Assembly (NCBI GenBank): GCA_020891255.1
Contig: BQFW01000012.1
Coordinates: forward strand, 2,604,001 to 2,668,000
From: Entomortierella parvispora E1425
Taxonomy: Eukaryota > Fungi > Mortierellomycota
Direction: 5' to 3'
DNA: 64,000 nt
The translations under genes and the position numbers were made by a program. The first letter of the stretch is position 1, and every line of letters begins with the position of its first letter. Under the pieces are notes generated by a model. That model made no database searches, had not been told where the DNA came from, and saw nothing but the letters and a program-made list of their open reading frames with translations. Positions 62,216 through 64,000 of the stretch are shown in pieces.

Positions 62216-64000
62216 TGGAGCGTCCTTGGAGTGAAAGTCTTGAGGGAGTCTGATTGAAAGGGAAAGGGATTGATTGTAGAAAAAAAGAAAAAGAAAAGTC
62301 AGCCTTTTTGAGCGGAGGTTATAAAGAAGAGTCGGACAGGATTGGATGGGAGGTCATGGGTAAATGAATGAGGGAAGGAAATAGTGAGCAAGTGTCGGGT
62401 TTGAGCATTGTCACAATTCTCTCCCTCTTTCTCTCTCTCTTTCTCTCTTCCAGGCCATGAGAGGGATGATATTAATAACGGGTTGACTGAGCAGATGGAA
62501 GACAATGGGCTGGGCTTGGACTAGACGGGCTGCAAGGGGTGGGGCCTCCAGGTCTTCTTTGTTGCCAATTGCTGCAATATCACAATATCCACATGTTGTT
62601 ACAAGTGACAAGTTGGTCGAAAGCGCAATCAAATGGAGCGGGGAGAAGCCAAAAAGAATAAAGGAGGTGCAGTCATCAAAGAAGAAAGAACCAGAACAGG
62701 CGATCAAAGAGAGGGGGGAGGGAGGGGAAAGTGGGGCGGAGGAAGGAGGACTGCATCAAACACTGCAGCTAGTCTGCACCGAGCTGCAAAAAATGGCTGT
62801 GGATGCGGTGTGGGGAAAGCAGGAGACAAGACGCAGAATGGAAGGGCAAAGGGAAGAAGGATAACGGATGATACCGCTTGTGCAGGTGAAAGTCGAGGAA
62901 ATGAAGAGGTTCTCGATGCAGGACACCAGAAAACGAAGAGTTGTATTAAAAGAACGTGTCCTGCCATATCCCCTTTCCTTCCGTTCATTTAACCATCTGA
63001 CTCAGGGACAGTGAGCGGGGTCATCGGCCCCCCCCAGATGAAGGGAGAAACTAAGGAACAAAAGAAACAAACGAACAAGCCAAGAACACCGATAAACAAG
63101 GGGTAAGATGGTGCAAACAAAACGATCAACGTGAAGGGCAAAGGTGCTTGGGTGCATGCATGGATTCAGGTGTGGCTTCTTTGTTCGAACACAGGAGTAT
63201 TTTTCTCAGATTGCCACCATTTCATGTGGAAGACAGAAGGCTTTGTGTCCCGCTTTTTTTGTCCATGCCCGCTGTTGGCCAGTCCCATGTGCATGTTTAT
63301 CCATGTCACCCTGCCGCCCATCGATTCTCACTCGTACTCCCTCGCCTCTTTTTGCTCTCACTCTCCATCTCCCTCCCTTCCCTCTTCCCTCTTTTCTCTT
63401 TCCCTCCCATCTATTCTTTGATCATCTCTGCTCGCTCGAGGCGAGGGAGTCTTGACTGTCTCGTACCTGAGTAGAACTTCAGACGGTAGGTGCAGTGAGG
63501 CTGGAATGGTGGAAACGTTCCTTCTTGATGAAGGTATGGTAACAATGGGAGAGGGGTGTGCTGCACTAGGGAGGCAATGAGCCAGGGATCAAAGGAATGT
63601 GTGGTACCCTTTGTTGCAAAGTGGTCAAACAAGAGCAGGAGCAAGAGAAAGGGCGGGAAAAGACCGGGAGTGTGATTGCGTGAGATAGAGGATGTGGATG
63701 GTAGTGTGGTAAGGTTGTGTGCGTGTGGATGTGTTTCTGTACGTTTGCGTGTGTGCCTGTGTGTGATGTTGAGCAAGACAAAGAGATGAGGATGAGAGGG
63801 GGGAGGGGAAAAGAAAGTGCGAAAAGGAGAATAAGAAGGGAAGAAGAAGAAGAGAGGAAGAGAAGAAGAGGAGCGTTTTGTTCTCTTTCTCGGGCAAAGG
63901 GATTGTCTTCATTCTCTGCATGTTTACAAGTGTTGCGCCATCCTGACCTGTCCTCTGGTTGCTCTCTCTGTTTGCATGGATGGACTGGCATCGCTGCATT

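Overview
Gene-dense eukaryotic DNA with short GT-AG introns, CTAAC/CTGAC branch points and long poly-T/A tracts. The gene content and style fit an early-diverging fungus, most likely Mortierellaceae (inference). I assembled 28 spliced or single-exon protein-coding genes by hand, checking splice phases where stated. I found no tRNA, rRNA, CRISPR array or transposon. Housekeeping genes: PNS1/CTL, CCDC130/YJU2B, AMP deaminase, USP16/45, FAM32A, RPC17, DHFR, Rab6, NIPA, chitin deacetylase, epoxide hydrolase and two tandem F-box genes. Most notable observations: (1) a stand-alone kexin/furin-type prodomain ending in RQRPKRDEL-stop; (2) a full-length homolog of the KICSTOR subunit KICS2/C12orf66; (3) a PHYHIP-like protein with a myristoylation motif and an ADP-ribosyltransferase-like motif order; (4) an Ssd1-type protein with an intact RNase II active site and a probable GC-AG intron; (5) two tandem PPxY single-pass membrane proteins with the same exon layout; (6) a BACE-like aspartic protease; (7) an acidic protein with five KEN boxes. 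Family assignments come from recalled motifs, not database searches.
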